Source of the DNA: an uncultured virus (IMG/VR IMGVR_UViG_3300010391_001807)
Lineage: Duplodnaviria > Heunggongvirae > Uroviricota > Caudoviricetes
Virus record (IMG/VR): IMGVR_UViG_3300010391_001807
Reading direction: 5' to 3' (one strand)
DNA length: 64,000 nt
Positions 28,677-39,120 of this stretch are shown one piece after another (position 1 is the first letter of the stretch; every line of letters starts with the position of its first letter). Made by a program: the position numbers and the translations under genes. Under the pieces are notes generated by a model, which ran no database searches, was not told the DNA's origin, and saw only the letters and a program-made list of their open reading frames with translations.

Positions 28677-29709
28677 AGCGTTCTTGCATTAACTTATCTA
28701 TCTGTTCTTCAACCTGTTCTGGAGAAATGGCTGCCATTATCTCCAGACAACGATTCTCTTTGGTCCAATGCCAAGATGACCACCAAAAATTATGAAACTC
28801 TGGGGAAATGACATGATATTGATTGGCATGGCCCCATATTTGCCAAGGAGTCACCCCCCACAAAACAACTGCTGGCACATTCATCATCGCCGCCACATGG
28901 GTCAAAAATCCATCACAGCCCATATGAAACATGGAGCCAGATAAAACGGTATATTGTTGCTGTAATGACAAATGTGTAGCAATCATAGCCCCTTTTATAA
29001 TTGGCTCGTCTGATTTCCCCAATTGCACTGGGCAGATCCCCTTAGAATTCAAATATTCACAAATATTCTCCCATCCCACTCCAGTCCAACTCTTATGATT
29101 AGAAACAAAAGTCCATCCTGCAGAAATTGTGGCATATTTTTCTGGTAATCTAATGGAATGGCTGATTTCAGCCTTATTGAAATACGCCTTAGATAAATCT
29201 ACTGGAATGTTGAATAACTTCACAAACATCTCTTCCTGACTATTAACCCCCATCTCTTGATACCAATCGAACATTTCTGCACCATTTGGAGCATAATATC
29301 GGCCCTCAATATCTCTGATTCTATGCTCCATGTTTATATCCCACAATCCTTCTCTTCCCTTACCGTCCAACACCTGCAATGGTTTAATGTCAAACCATAT
29401 GTCATAATTGTCAAGATAGTAGTTTCTAACATCCATTTCGGTCATGATGGTCGGTCCCCACCGGACATAGTGAAACTGTGAGCAATCTGGGTGTCCCTGT
29501 AAGACTGGGAAGAAAGGAATATCAATGAAAGCATGTATCTCAGAGTTCTTAAAATGATCCTTGATGTTTCTGATGAACATGTTCTCATACAGGCCATCAC
29601 CTAACCCACCACGACGAAAAACCGCTATTTTTAATTTAGGTTCTTGTTTAATGAGTGTCGGTTTTTTCTTATGATCCATATTACTGACCATTGAGATTTC
29701 AAATGGCAT
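28669..29709 (-). CDS. GT9 glycosyltransferase
   Basis: RRGGLGDG; KSW...W; DGFLTHVAA...VVLWG.T. Confidence 0.85.
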   Translation of the reverse strand: MPFEISMVSNMDHKKKPTLIKQEPKLKIAVFRRGGLGDGLYENMFIRNIKDHFKNSEIHAFIDIPFFPVLQGHPDCSQFHYVRWGPTIMTEMDVRNYYLDNYDIWFDIKPLQVLDGKGREGLWDINMEHRIRDIEGRYYAPNGAEMFDWYQEMGVNSQEEMFVKLFNIPVDLSKAYFNKAEISHSIRLPEKYATISAGWTFVSNHKSWTGVGWENICEYLNSKGICPVQLGKSDEPIIKGAMIATHLSLQQQYTVLSGSMFHMGCDGFLTHVAAMMNVPAVVLWGVTPWQIWGHANQYHVISPEFHNFWWSSWHWTKENRCLEIMAAISPEQVEEQIDKLMQERYA

Positions 29710-30661
29710 TTTTAGACTCCTCTAACTTCTGTTTAACATCACCATATTCTTCGTCATAAAAACAAGGCCAATATGTTTTCCCTATGTCATCGGGATTAAT
29801 CGGGCCTAGATATGGGAACCTCTTATCATCCCTAATGCCACCTTGACAACGTATCATATGCAGTTGAGGAATGTTTAGACAATCAGCAATCATTCCAAAT
29901 CCAGATTCGTATCCTATGACAAAATCACTTCTCCTGATCATTTCAATTAGCATAGGGAAACTGTTATCTATTAACAATTCAGCCTCAATGCCCTTCTCCC
30001 CACAAACCTTATGGACATCATAGGTCAAATCCAAATCATAAGACGCCCCGATCACATAGATTTTCAAAGGTTTTGTAAAACCACGCCAATCATAAACCAA
30101 CTGGGCGATATCCACCCAGAAATGAGGATAAGGGTGGTTCCTACAGTTAATATTATTTCTATAACTTGATGAATATAAAATTATGTTAGTTTGATCTTTA
30201 TTTATTTTTTCTTCTGCGGCCTGTTTGTGTTCTATCTTGGTTATAAGTTCAATGTCATATTTAGCAGGAAAATCGGGCATAAAACTCTCTAAAGGCTGAT
30301 TATTCTCCAAAAATGAATTAACATGCAACACTGGCAAACCCCGGCACAAACAATCAACGGGAGGTTTTCTCAAATCATCAACTTGTTTTAACCAGTAATG
30401 ATCATATTCAAATCCAGGGATATATTCAAATGAATTCATCCCCTGCAAACAATGCATGATTTGATGGGATCTCTGTGGATTGCAATTTAAAACCTTAATA
30501 TCTATGTTATGCCCCATTTCAACATAATTTATCAATTTATACCAAGTATAAATGATATCCCCAATACCGGGCAATAAAATGGCTGGTAAATTCTCCTTTG
30601 GTTTCTTAGGGACTGCTGGTTTATTTTCCATGTGCCCGCCACCGACAATTTTCATATTCAT
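29699..30661 (-). CDS. GT9-like glycosyltransferase
   Basis: LPGIGDI; SDFVIGYESGFGMIA...IP. Confidence 0.65.
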   Translation of the reverse strand: MNMKIVGGGHMENKPAVPKKPKENLPAILLPGIGDIIYTWYKLINYVEMGHNIDIKVLNCNPQRSHQIMHCLQGMNSFEYIPGFEYDHYWLKQVDDLRKPPVDCLCRGLPVLHVNSFLENNQPLESFMPDFPAKYDIELITKIEHKQAAEEKINKDQTNIILYSSSYRNNINCRNHPYPHFWVDIAQLVYDWRGFTKPLKIYVIGASYDLDLTYDVHKVCGEKGIEAELLIDNSFPMLIEMIRRSDFVIGYESGFGMIADCLNIPQLHMIRCQGGIRDDKRFPYLGPINPDDIGKTYWPCFYDEEYGDVKQKLEESKNAI

Positions 30662-30672
30662 AATATGCCTTC

Positions 30673-31275
30673 TTAAAAATTTTTCTTTAATACTAAAAAA
30701 GTATTATTACTATATATTTTTTCATAATTAGGATTACTCAAAAAAACTTCATCAGCGGCTCCCTTGGGACCTGGAGTGTCACCCCAGCATCCGTAATCAT
30801 CAACGAGAATAATTCCATCTTTAACAATATAATCTTGCCAAATCAACATGTCTTGCTTGACATCTTCATAATAATGGCTACCATCAAAGATAATGAACCC
30901 CACAGGCTGAGACCACCTTTTGCCCAATTCTTTGGAATCTTCTTTATAATATTCAATATATTCTAATAAATTATTATCATTAATATTCTTTAAAAACATG
31001 TCAAGGCTTCTGTAATCCATTACTTCCATTGTGGATTGCATCGTACCAGTATCTTCAAATATATCTACAGTAACAACCGGAGAAAGGTTGTGTTTTTTCA
31101 CTAATGATGCCAACCTGAGAGTAGTCCCTCCTCGATGAGAACCAATTTCTACAATTCTTCCTAATGAAAAACATTCATCAGGTATATATTCCGATGATTC
31201 TATAAGAAAATGACCAAGTATCATAGGTGAAGGCTGCAGATCCAAAGTTTCTAAAAGTATTTCTTTCCAAATCAT
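30673..31275 (-). CDS. Class I SAM methyltransferase (Methyltransf_24-like)
   Basis: VEIGSHRGGT; IFDGSHYYEDVKQD; GIILVDDY. Confidence 0.88.
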   Translation of the reverse strand: MIWKEILLETLDLQPSPMILGHFLIESSEYIPDECFSLGRIVEIGSHRGGTTLRLASLVKKHNLSPVVTVDIFEDTGTMQSTMEVMDYRSLDMFLKNINDNNLLEYIEYYKEDSKELGKRWSQPVGFIIFDGSHYYEDVKQDMLIWQDYIVKDGIILVDDYGCWGDTPGPKGAADEVFLSNPNYEKIYSNNTFLVLKKNF

Positions 31276-31907
31276 TATTGTCTCCTAATAAATATAATAT
31301 TATCGTAAAGATAAAAAGAATTAACTGCTAACTGAATATTAGTCAATTGTTGTTCTAATCCAGGTACTTCTAATGTTTTCTCTCTATTACCAGAGCAAAC
31401 CGTTTTATTTAGTAGAACTCCATTAGTAAGACCGCTAATGAAATTATTAAATAATACTGGGTCTCTATTATCATAATTAATGTCTTCGATGGCATATAGT
31501 CCTTCGCTTTTAAGTTTTGGAAATAAAATCTCAAATGAGACGAGATAATCTTCCATTATATGACTTCCATCATCAATGATAATATCAATGGGCTCCTTAA
31601 TGCTTTCCGCCACAATATTGAGAAAATTAACGTCCCTTTGATGGCCGATGAATATGTGTTGTCTTTCACTATTGAATTTCTGGCAGCTAGAGTCTATGTC
31701 TATCCCATAAATCTTGGCATTAACAAAAAAATCTTGCCACAACCGAAGAGATTCGCCGCTTTGCACACCAATTTCTAACACATTCTTGGCTGTATGTTGC
31801 AAAGGAGTAAAATATTCCTCATATGTCTTGGTATAACCATGGGCGTATGTATATGTTTGATTTTTATCAGTTGCATATGAATTTGATAATTCATTTAAAC
31901 CAATCAT
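31275..31907 (-). CDS. Sugar O-methyltransferase-like protein, copy A
   Basis: TDK...H.Y...Y; VLEIGV..GES..W; GIDID; DIIIDDGSH; YAIED. Confidence 0.85.
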   Translation of the reverse strand: MIGLNELSNSYATDKNQTYTYAHGYTKTYEEYFTPLQHTAKNVLEIGVQSGESLRLWQDFFVNAKIYGIDIDSSCQKFNSERQHIFIGHQRDVNFLNIVAESIKEPIDIIIDDGSHIMEDYLVSFEILFPKLKSEGLYAIEDINYDNRDPVLFNNFISGLTNGVLLNKTVCSGNREKTLEVPGLEQQLTNIQLAVNSFYLYDNIIFIRRQ

Positions 31908-32527
31908 TATGCTCTCCTAATAAAAATTATGTTATCGTAGATATGAACTTCTTGAATGGCCAATTGGACTGGGGTGAGCTTATCTAAATTAGTTTGTTGC
32001 TCTAAGGCTCTATCTCTTTGCCCCAAATTCATTCCTCTGTCTAACATTACTCCTTGAATGAGATACTGCATAAACTCATAAAAGGTTTCGGCTGGTCCAT
32101 CATAATTGACATCTTCAATGACATACCACCCCTGACTCCTCAGTGTTAAAAACAGAGTATTAAAAGTAACAATGTAGTGGGCCATGCGATGGCTCCCATC
32201 ATCCACAATGATGTCTAGGGGGCCATCAATACTATCTACTACGGTATTCAAAAACTCCACATCAGATTGGTCCCCGATAAAAATGTGCTGCCTTAAACCT
32301 ATATATTGTGCATCCTCGGGGTCTATGTCTATCCCATAGATTTCTGCATTGCGAAAGTAATCCTTCCACAAGCGAATGGACTCCCCATTATAAACTCCAA
32401 TTTCCAAAACATTCTTCGCACTTTCTCTCAAAGGAGTGAAATACTCTTCATATAGTTTAGTATACCAATGACCAGTAATATTCTTATCTGTCCCATAGGT
32501 ATGTGATAATTTGTCCAAATTTTTCAT
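31907..32527 (-). CDS. Sugar O-methyltransferase-like protein, copy B (tandem paralog)
   Basis: Same motifs, with shared runs YEEYFTPL, AKNVLEIGV, RQHIFIG and YDNIIFIRR. Start moved to 32527. Confidence 0.85.
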   Translation of the reverse strand: MKNLDKLSHTYGTDKNITGHWYTKLYEEYFTPLRESAKNVLEIGVYNGESIRLWKDYFRNAEIYGIDIDPEDAQYIGLRQHIFIGDQSDVEFLNTVVDSIDGPLDIIVDDGSHRMAHYIVTFNTLFLTLRSQGWYVIEDVNYDGPAETFYEFMQYLIQGVMLDRGMNLGQRDRALEQQTNLDKLTPVQLAIQEVHIYDNIIFIRRA

Positions 32528-32537
32528 TCTAATCTCC

Positions 32538-33695
32538 TTATTGATAGTATTTTTTATTATACCAACTATTATTGATAACCTCACAAGCCTCATGCCAATC
32601 CTTACTATTTAGAACATCTTCTCTCAAATCTTTTAAGTTCCTGCCATATCTGCCATCAATTCCAATACTTGCCTTATATTTTTTATATTTCTTTTGACGC
32701 TCAGAAAAATCTCCAAATCCTTCCGTACCTGTTCTAACATATAATTTACCACACTCAATACATTTAAACCACTCAATATAATTATCTATTATCCCAAGAT
32801 ATTGTAGTCCTTCTATATCATTAAGTCGATCATGATTAATCAATCGTATTCTTTTTAAATCATCTTTCAAACACAACTCGCATTGGGGGGTCATTGCTGT
32901 TTTGGGACATTGTGGTTTAGTATGGCCAAAATATAACATCGCATTAGTACAAGCAAGTAATTGGTGAACTACTCCCATGGATTGAGCTACATCCCATCGT
33001 TCTTCAATATCCCAATCCTCTTCATAAATATAACTAGTTAATGCCTCATCTGTGCCGTTCAACTCAATAAAATCATCAACTCTTAATACACAATCATAAA
33101 AACAATAATGCAGATTATTATGGATAGTAAATTTTACTGATTCAGAAGATTGAAAAGTAGCCTTATCAGAAGATAAATTGGCAGAAATTTGTTTTTCTAC
33201 ATTATAATTAATTAAACCACTATCAAAAAATCTGTTATCCATTATCCATGTGCGAATAAATCCAATATTATCTTCGGGATGACTGTTTACAATCTGAAAA
33301 AAATTATCCCGAATACGACGATGTTGGTGCCAATGAAAAAATCTACCTTGAGACATTAAAAGACAACCAATATTCCGAACACACCAATCATATTTTCTGG
33401 GGTTAGGATCTCTCTGGTATGGTAAATATAAAGACTGAATACCAGTGTCTGTTTCAAGTTTTTTGATTTTATCTTCTCTTAATTTATCCATATGAGGATC
33501 GATGAATACAACAGAAAAATTATTGTTTTGATCATACAGAGCATTAATATGCATATCATCCAAACTTGAATCATGGTAATACCCGTTTAAAACAACTAGT
33601 AAATCATTTTTGACTAACATTGATGGGTCCCTCCTAATTGGGGCGATTATTGATTGGTTTGATATAGCACCACGCCCTGTAATCTCTATGTTCAT
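32538..33695 (-). CDS. GT-A-like (GT2/GT7 C-terminal-like) protein with two CxxC motifs; paralog of 37004-38107
   Basis: DFIELNGTDE...EDWDIEER resembles the 'NGFDE..ED.D..R' motif; CELC, CIEC. Confidence 0.55.
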   Translation of the reverse strand: MNIEITGRGAISNQSIIAPIRRDPSMLVKNDLLVVLNGYYHDSSLDDMHINALYDQNNNFSVVFIDPHMDKLREDKIKKLETDTGIQSLYLPYQRDPNPRKYDWCVRNIGCLLMSQGRFFHWHQHRRIRDNFFQIVNSHPEDNIGFIRTWIMDNRFFDSGLINYNVEKQISANLSSDKATFQSSESVKFTIHNNLHYCFYDCVLRVDDFIELNGTDEALTSYIYEEDWDIEERWDVAQSMGVVHQLLACTNAMLYFGHTKPQCPKTAMTPQCELCLKDDLKRIRLINHDRLNDIEGLQYLGIIDNYIEWFKCIECGKLYVRTGTEGFGDFSERQKKYKKYKASIGIDGRYGRNLKDLREDVLNSKDWHEACEVINNSWYNKKYYQ

Positions 33696-33987
33696 TTTAT
33701 TAAATCTTTTAAATTTTCAACATCAGTAGTAAAATTAAACTTTTCTATACATCTTCTTTCACTACTCAAAATTTTGTTAATTGACTCCACACTATATTTC
33801 ACATCATTATTTTTATGTTGTGATCCTGCATGACATTAAATATCTCAATATTAGAACAGGCATGGCCATGTTTATTCCCAATGCGTCCACAAGAAACATT
33901 TGCATTTAATAGGGCTTTTTCAAACCATGAGCCTCCACATCTTGGTGGATGTATGAAAAGTAATTTATTAGCTATTAACGACGCCAT
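33692..33987 (-). pseudogene. Internally deleted, frameshifted sulfotransferase-family gene
   Basis: N-terminal LFIHPPRCGGSW (PAPS-binding-like motif) stops at 33799. A second frame carries ...KYSVESINKILSSERRCIEKFNF...LIK*, whose TGA overlaps the ATG of the next gene. Confidence 0.65.
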
Positions 33988-35176
33988 GTTGCCTCCAATC
34001 AAGATTAACCACTGGCTCTTTTCTCTTAATGCAGAAGAAACAATGTAAATAACCTTGTAAATTAATGTCTATATAGTCCCTTACCTTCTGGGCCTCGTCG
34101 GCATCAGAATAAATGTCGTCATTGTCCGTCACATAATCGTCCCACCAGGAAATGCTCTTATAAGTTTTAGTTACATGAGGATATTTATTATGTTTCATAG
34201 ATATGAATATTTTTTGAGACTCAGAAACGTTAAATATTTTATTTAAATCTTCAATACTTTCTAAATCCTGTAATATTTCAAATAAAAATATATCTTCTTT
34301 AATATTTATTATATAACTTAATACATATTCTAATATATTAAAATAAAAAGTATTACTTTTATCATTTGGAATTGACAAAATATTTTTATCAATGAATTTA
34401 ATATTATTATCTTTACAATATCCTATTATTTTATTTTTAAAATCATTATGGTCGTCTGTCAAATTAGAATTATATATATTTTTATTTATTTCTAATTGAT
34501 CATTATGAATTTTTAATATATAAGCGGCACTCCAATCATTTAAAAATAAATTAGGAACATTTTTTCTCCATTTGTCTACTAATTCTGATTCAATATCTAT
34601 TTGTTTAAAGTAGCTAATCCTTTTATCCAATTCTATTTGTGGAACAAAATAATAATGTCCATCTTTAATACATTTGGCTTCAAAATCGTCAAGTTGTCTA
34701 CTATTGAAATCTTCATCTTTAGAAGGAGCAAAACGCATATCCTTAAATACCCCTCGAGAATCTTTGCTAGTATTATCTATTAATAAAAAGACCCATCCTT
34801 TAGAAAATTTTATTATATTATTAATGGCTTTTTCAAAATCTTCTGAGTAAAAGTGTTCTATAGTATTTAATGATATTACTAAATCATAAGTATTAGAATA
34901 AGTAGGATTTAATATATCCTGCAAATATATAAATTGAGATACTTCGGGAATGGCATTCTTTATACACCATTCTGAAAAATCATAACCATAAGCTTCTATT
35001 CCTATTTCTCTTGCTGATTTTACAAGAGACCCTCTGGCACAACCTACATCTAATAAACTAAAATTCTTAGGCAAATCCAGGATATATTGGAGCGAAAAAA
35101 GAATGGGTTTAAACCCCTCCCACTCAGTATCACTGTGATAATAATCTATGTTATAAATTTCTTGATTATAATTCAT
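33968..35176 (-). CDS. Class I SAM methyltransferase with a degenerate second domain
   Basis: LLDVGCARG, AYGYDFSEW, YDLVISLNTIEH. Confidence 0.8.
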   Translation of the reverse strand: MNYNQEIYNIDYYHSDTEWEGFKPILFSLQYILDLPKNFSLLDVGCARGSLVKSAREIGIEAYGYDFSEWCIKNAIPEVSQFIYLQDILNPTYSNTYDLVISLNTIEHFYSEDFEKAINNIIKFSKGWVFLLIDNTSKDSRGVFKDMRFAPSKDEDFNSRQLDDFEAKCIKDGHYYFVPQIELDKRISYFKQIDIESELVDKWRKNVPNLFLNDWSAAYILKIHNDQLEINKNIYNSNLTDDHNDFKNKIIGYCKDNNIKFIDKNILSIPNDKSNTFYFNILEYVLSYIINIKEDIFLFEILQDLESIEDLNKIFNVSESQKIFISMKHNKYPHVTKTYKSISWWDDYVTDNDDIYSDADEAQKVRDYIDINLQGYLHCFFCIKRKEPVVNLDWRQHGVVNS

Positions 35177-36242
35177 TTTTTAAACCGACCTCCTTAGCAG
35201 TTAATAAAAATTTGTTTGTGATATACTTATCTTCCAAAAATAAACATAAATCATCAACATCCATCCCAAAATGCTTATTAAATAAATATTTGACCATATA
35301 GCGAGGAATAATTTTACTCTTTTCTTCAGGATAATATTGATCTAAATCTTGAAAACATTGATTTTTTAAATGTATCATAGGTGGCGACGGTACAAACGCA
35401 CAATATCTATTGCTTTCCCAAATTTTAGCTCCTAACCACCCCTCAAATGGCAATGCCAATGGATCTATATACCCTATCTCTTCAATTATACTCTTTTTAG
35501 TAATAAAACTGCTCCAAGTCCATCGGACAGGCCATAAAATATCTTCCCAAAAAGGAAGTTCTAAATCATGGATTGGCTCTCCCCACCTCCCCATCGTAGA
35601 CAAAAAAGTGGTATTACTTTTCAAAAATGATTGGGCTTGATCATATTTTTTATAAACTAATGAGCAAACTATATTGGATATAATTTTTCTTTCTACATCT
35701 ATTCTACTAATATTATTAGGTATATACTCAGAATTATTAAAATAAAAAAATTTTCTAGTTTCATTAAAGTTAATGTTATGGGCTACATCAAATGGATTTA
35801 AATTACAAACATTATACTCGGGGATGGTTAATAACTCCCACAATTCAATAAAAGACCACCCCATTAGTCCTGGTTTATAACCATCAATAATTAAATTATC
35901 CCATTTTTCAATTAAATTAAAGGCAGGTTTTAAAAAATCTTTAGTAACCAAATTCCCATCTTCTATAAAAAATAAATATTCAGTATCAATATTTTTTATT
36001 AAATAATTTATATTTTGGCAAACCCCATTTGGGGATGGACAGGTTATATATTTAGCTCCAAAATCGTCACAAATTAACTCTTTGTATTTATTAATTATGG
36101 GATTCGGAGTTCCATCATCACTAACAGCAATTTCATAATAGTTATCATCTACTCCACTTAATGTTCTAATCCTATTGAGTAAATTATATAATCTTAATTG
36201 TGAATTACCAAAAGTTGGAATACAAATAGTTATTGTTTTCAT
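35166..36242 (-). CDS. GT2 glycosyltransferase
   Basis: ITICIPTFG, VSDDGT, N..GV..N, FIEDG, IGYID. Confidence 0.8.
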   Translation of the reverse strand: MKTITICIPTFGNSQLRLYNLLNRIRTLSGVDDNYYEIAVSDDGTPNPIINKYKELICDDFGAKYITCPSPNGVCQNINYLIKNIDTEYLFFIEDGNLVTKDFLKPAFNLIEKWDNLIIDGYKPGLMGWSFIELWELLTIPEYNVCNLNPFDVAHNINFNETRKFFYFNNSEYIPNNISRIDVERKIISNIVCSLVYKKYDQAQSFLKSNTTFLSTMGRWGEPIHDLELPFWEDILWPVRWTWSSFITKKSIIEEIGYIDPLALPFEGWLGAKIWESNRYCAFVPSPPMIHLKNQCFQDLDQYYPEEKSKIIPRYMVKYLFNKHFGMDVDDLCLFLEDKYITNKFLLTAKEVGLKNEL

Positions 36243-36243
36243 T

Positions 36244-37011
36244 TTAATTCTCTATATAAGGGATATCAATATTATATTCAAATAAACTACTAAACGCCTT
36301 TGGATTAGTTGGATGTAAATCAACAGATGTTAAAGTGCAAGGCATCCAAACTTCATCAAACCATTTTATTGTATCAAATTCATTATTATGTGAAAAAGTA
36401 TTTATTTTTTCCCATATCTTACGAGCGGATTTCGAATAAGAATAATGTTCAAAATGACAAATACTAGGATCGACATGAATATAATCTTGTACATTTGGTG
36501 TTCTTAATGCTGTAAAAATTCTACTCCTATGTATTAATTGCAAATGATAATTAGGCCATTGAGTATTATTGTCTGCCATGACCGCCCAATTCCTATGTCT
36601 AAAATAAACATGGCACGGAACACATAACGCCACTTCTTCTTGATCATAATAGCTTTCTTTTAAATTATTATATAAATTTACAAATTTACCAGGAGCATAA
36701 ACCTCGTCTCCATCAATGGCTAAAAAATGAGTTATATGATCTGAAGAATTATTAATTAAGAAGTTTCTTTGATCATGCTCAGATAAAAAACTACCAGTAA
36801 ATAATGTAATTTTGTTATTAAAATCGTTATAATTATAAATTAATTCTTTAGTATTGTCTTGAACAATTTCTAACCCCGACCATCCAACATTTTCATCCAG
36901 AGCAATTAAAATTTCATCACAATGATCATAAATACCATTAATCGAAGCTACAATCGTGTCTGCTTCATTTTGTACGACATAATGGGCGGCAATATGAAGA
37001 TCATTAGACAT
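36244..37011 (-). CDS. GT2 glycosyltransferase
   Basis: VQNEADTI, DEI, DNT, QRN, IDGDE, FEHYSY. Confidence 0.82.
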   Translation of the reverse strand: MSNDLHIAAHYVVQNEADTIVASINGIYDHCDEILIALDENVGWSGLEIVQDNTKELIYNYNDFNNKITLFTGSFLSEHDQRNFLINNSSDHITHFLAIDGDEVYAPGKFVNLYNNLKESYYDQEEVALCVPCHVYFRHRNWAVMADNNTQWPNYHLQLIHRSRIFTALRTPNVQDYIHVDPSICHFEHYSYSKSARKIWEKINTFSHNNEFDTIKWFDEVWMPCTLTSVDLHPTNPKAFSSLFEYNIDIPYIEN

Positions 37012-38107
37012 AATATTTAGGATTCCCCCAGCTATTATTAATAATACTCACCTTATCATCCCATGTGGCATTTAAAACATCATTCCTAATGGATATTAAA
37101 TTCCTGCCATATCCATTAACTCCAATGGTAGCATAATAATTTTTATCTCGATGAACTCTATCTTCTATTGCAGAGAAATGGGAGTGACCAATTCTTGGGA
37201 AAACAATCCCACATTCCTTACATGAAAACCATTCTTTCCCATTAATTAATCCCAAATAATTAATTTCAGAAAAATTAGTATCATTGCTTTTATTAACTAA
37301 ATCATCCCAATGATAATTAGAACCAGAGCAGGCAAAACATTCCTTATTGAAACTACTTTTAGCTATAGTTTTACTTTGGCTCCTATGACTGCCATCCATA
37401 TATATCATCAATCCATTAACAATATCAAAGCCTCTAACTTTACCTGAGCGTTTAGCTATATTCCATCTCATATTAAAATCTATATCTTCAAAATGATGTA
37501 TGGTAGTCATAGCTTCATCCACTCCATTAATAGCTAAAAAATCTTCAATATTAATAATCCAGTCCCCATATGAAGAAGATGGATCATCAGATTTTTGCCA
37601 AGAAATATTCATTGGTTTAAAACAAGACAAATCTTTAAAATAATTGACAAAATAGTCAATCCTATGGTCTGCTTCAGAAATAGTTATATGAAAATTACAA
37701 TCATTCATCGGAGGAAAATTAATATCATAAGTAATTTTTCTTTTTAATCCAATATTAATATTCTTTGTGTTATTGATTTCTTGAATTAACGTATCAGAAA
37801 TTAATCTATTTTGTTGATATCTAAAAACTCTACCATTTTCCCATAATATAAATGGGACATTCATAATCCCCCAGTCATAATGTCTAGGACGAAAATCTCT
37901 TTGATAAGGAAAATAAAAAGATTGTATGCCTGTTTCTTTTTCAAAATTATATATTTTATCTTTCCTTTTTCCCATAATAAAAGGATCTATGAATAATAAT
38001 GAAAAATTATCATTATTTTGATTTTTCAATGATGCCAGCATAACATCATCATATTCTTCTGAATATGAATATGCCGGGATGCAAACTAATAGTCCATTTA
38101 AATTCAT
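37004..38107 (-). CDS. GT-A-like protein with two CxxC motifs; paralog of 32538-33695
   Basis: VCIPAY; DFLAINGVDE...EDIDFNMR; CFAC, CKEC. Confidence 0.55.
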   Translation of the reverse strand: MNLNGLLVCIPAYSYSEEYDDVMLASLKNQNNDNFSLLFIDPFIMGKRKDKIYNFEKETGIQSFYFPYQRDFRPRHYDWGIMNVPFILWENGRVFRYQQNRLISDTLIQEINNTKNINIGLKRKITYDINFPPMNDCNFHITISEADHRIDYFVNYFKDLSCFKPMNISWQKSDDPSSSYGDWIINIEDFLAINGVDEAMTTIHHFEDIDFNMRWNIAKRSGKVRGFDIVNGLMIYMDGSHRSQSKTIAKSSFNKECFACSGSNYHWDDLVNKSNDTNFSEINYLGLINGKEWFSCKECGIVFPRIGHSHFSAIEDRVHRDKNYYATIGVNGYGRNLISIRNDVLNATWDDKVSIINNSWGNPKYYV

Positions 38108-38108
38108 T

Positions 38109-39107
38109 TTAAATATCCTCTGCTAGCAATATATATCTTTGAGCCATGTCGGTGTGAGTATATTTATTGATGATTATGCTCTCTCGACAATATGCTTTCA
38201 TGCTTTTAATGTTATCTTGAACCTCAATAATCTTATCCCGCACATCTCTGGCGTTGAAGCTCTCAATCAGATAGCCGTTTTTACCATTCTCAATGATTAA
38301 CGGGGCGATTCCAACTGGATAAGCAATAACTGGTATCTCACAGGCCAAAGATTCAATGATAGTCAATCCAAAAGTCTCATGCCAAAGACTCAAAAACAAA
38401 GAGCAACTACTCATATTATACAGGTGTCTCATACTTTTATAATCAGTATCACCAAGACTTTCCAAAAAATCAACATGGTCTGAATGGTCCATTATCCATT
38501 CCCAATGCTTGTAGCCTTTGATTTCCTTTTGGCCCCACGCATTAGTAAATAATATCGTGTATTTGTCAGGATGAACAGGCCCCTTCTTAAATAGATTGAT
38601 ATCAATGCCATGGGGGATAACAAACACCTTAGAACAATTGTTGAATTTTAATATCTTAGAGGCATGCTCTGTAAAACAAATGAGGTTCCTATCTTTAATC
38701 AAGTCAAACATATCCGACATGGAATATTCTGGTTTATCATAAGGCTTTAAATATCCACACCGATAAGGATCACAATTTGCACCGTATTCTTCACAATCTT
38801 GTAATCCATCAGCATACCTAATAAGATTGCTCTGATAACAGATGGGCCAATAATCATGCAATAAAATACAATGAGGGATTTTATATTGATCCAAAAACTC
38901 CAATACTTCAATATATTCTTTACATGTATCTCTATAGAAACTATGTAATAATACAAAATCATAGTTAAATTGCATCAGAGTTGAGATTGGGTCTTGAAAT
39001 ACCTCAATACTATTGTGCCCAGTAGACTTCAAACCAACAGACAAATACTGCATACATGTGTATGCCCCGCCCTTTTGCAAGGAAAGATGGATCTGTAAAA
39101 ATCTCAT
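38109..39107 (-). CDS. GT4 glycosyltransferase
   Basis: GGA, LHDYW, IPHGID, KG, SLWHETFGLTIIESLACEIPVI, NGKNGYL. Confidence 0.92.
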   Translation of the reverse strand: MRFLQIHLSLQKGGAYTCMQYLSVGLKSTGHNSIEVFQDPISTLMQFNYDFVLLHSFYRDTCKEYIEVLEFLDQYKIPHCILLHDYWPICYQSNLIRYADGLQDCEEYGANCDPYRCGYLKPYDKPEYSMSDMFDLIKDRNLICFTEHASKILKFNNCSKVFVIPHGIDINLFKKGPVHPDKYTILFTNAWGQKEIKGYKHWEWIMDHSDHVDFLESLGDTDYKSMRHLYNMSSCSLFLSLWHETFGLTIIESLACEIPVIAYPVGIAPLIIENGKNGYLIESFNARDVRDKIIEVQDNIKSMKAYCRESIIINKYTHTDMAQRYILLAEDI

Positions 39108-39120
39108 AAAACCATGTCCT

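Noticed and set aside
18247..39107. Bacterial chromosome with a heat-shock operon and an LPS/O-antigen locus
   Set aside because: dnaK and dnaJ are separated, with no grpE or hrcA. There are no wzx/wzy/ABC exporter or nucleotide-sugar synthesis genes. The genes are interspersed with a UvsW-like helicase and tail genes.
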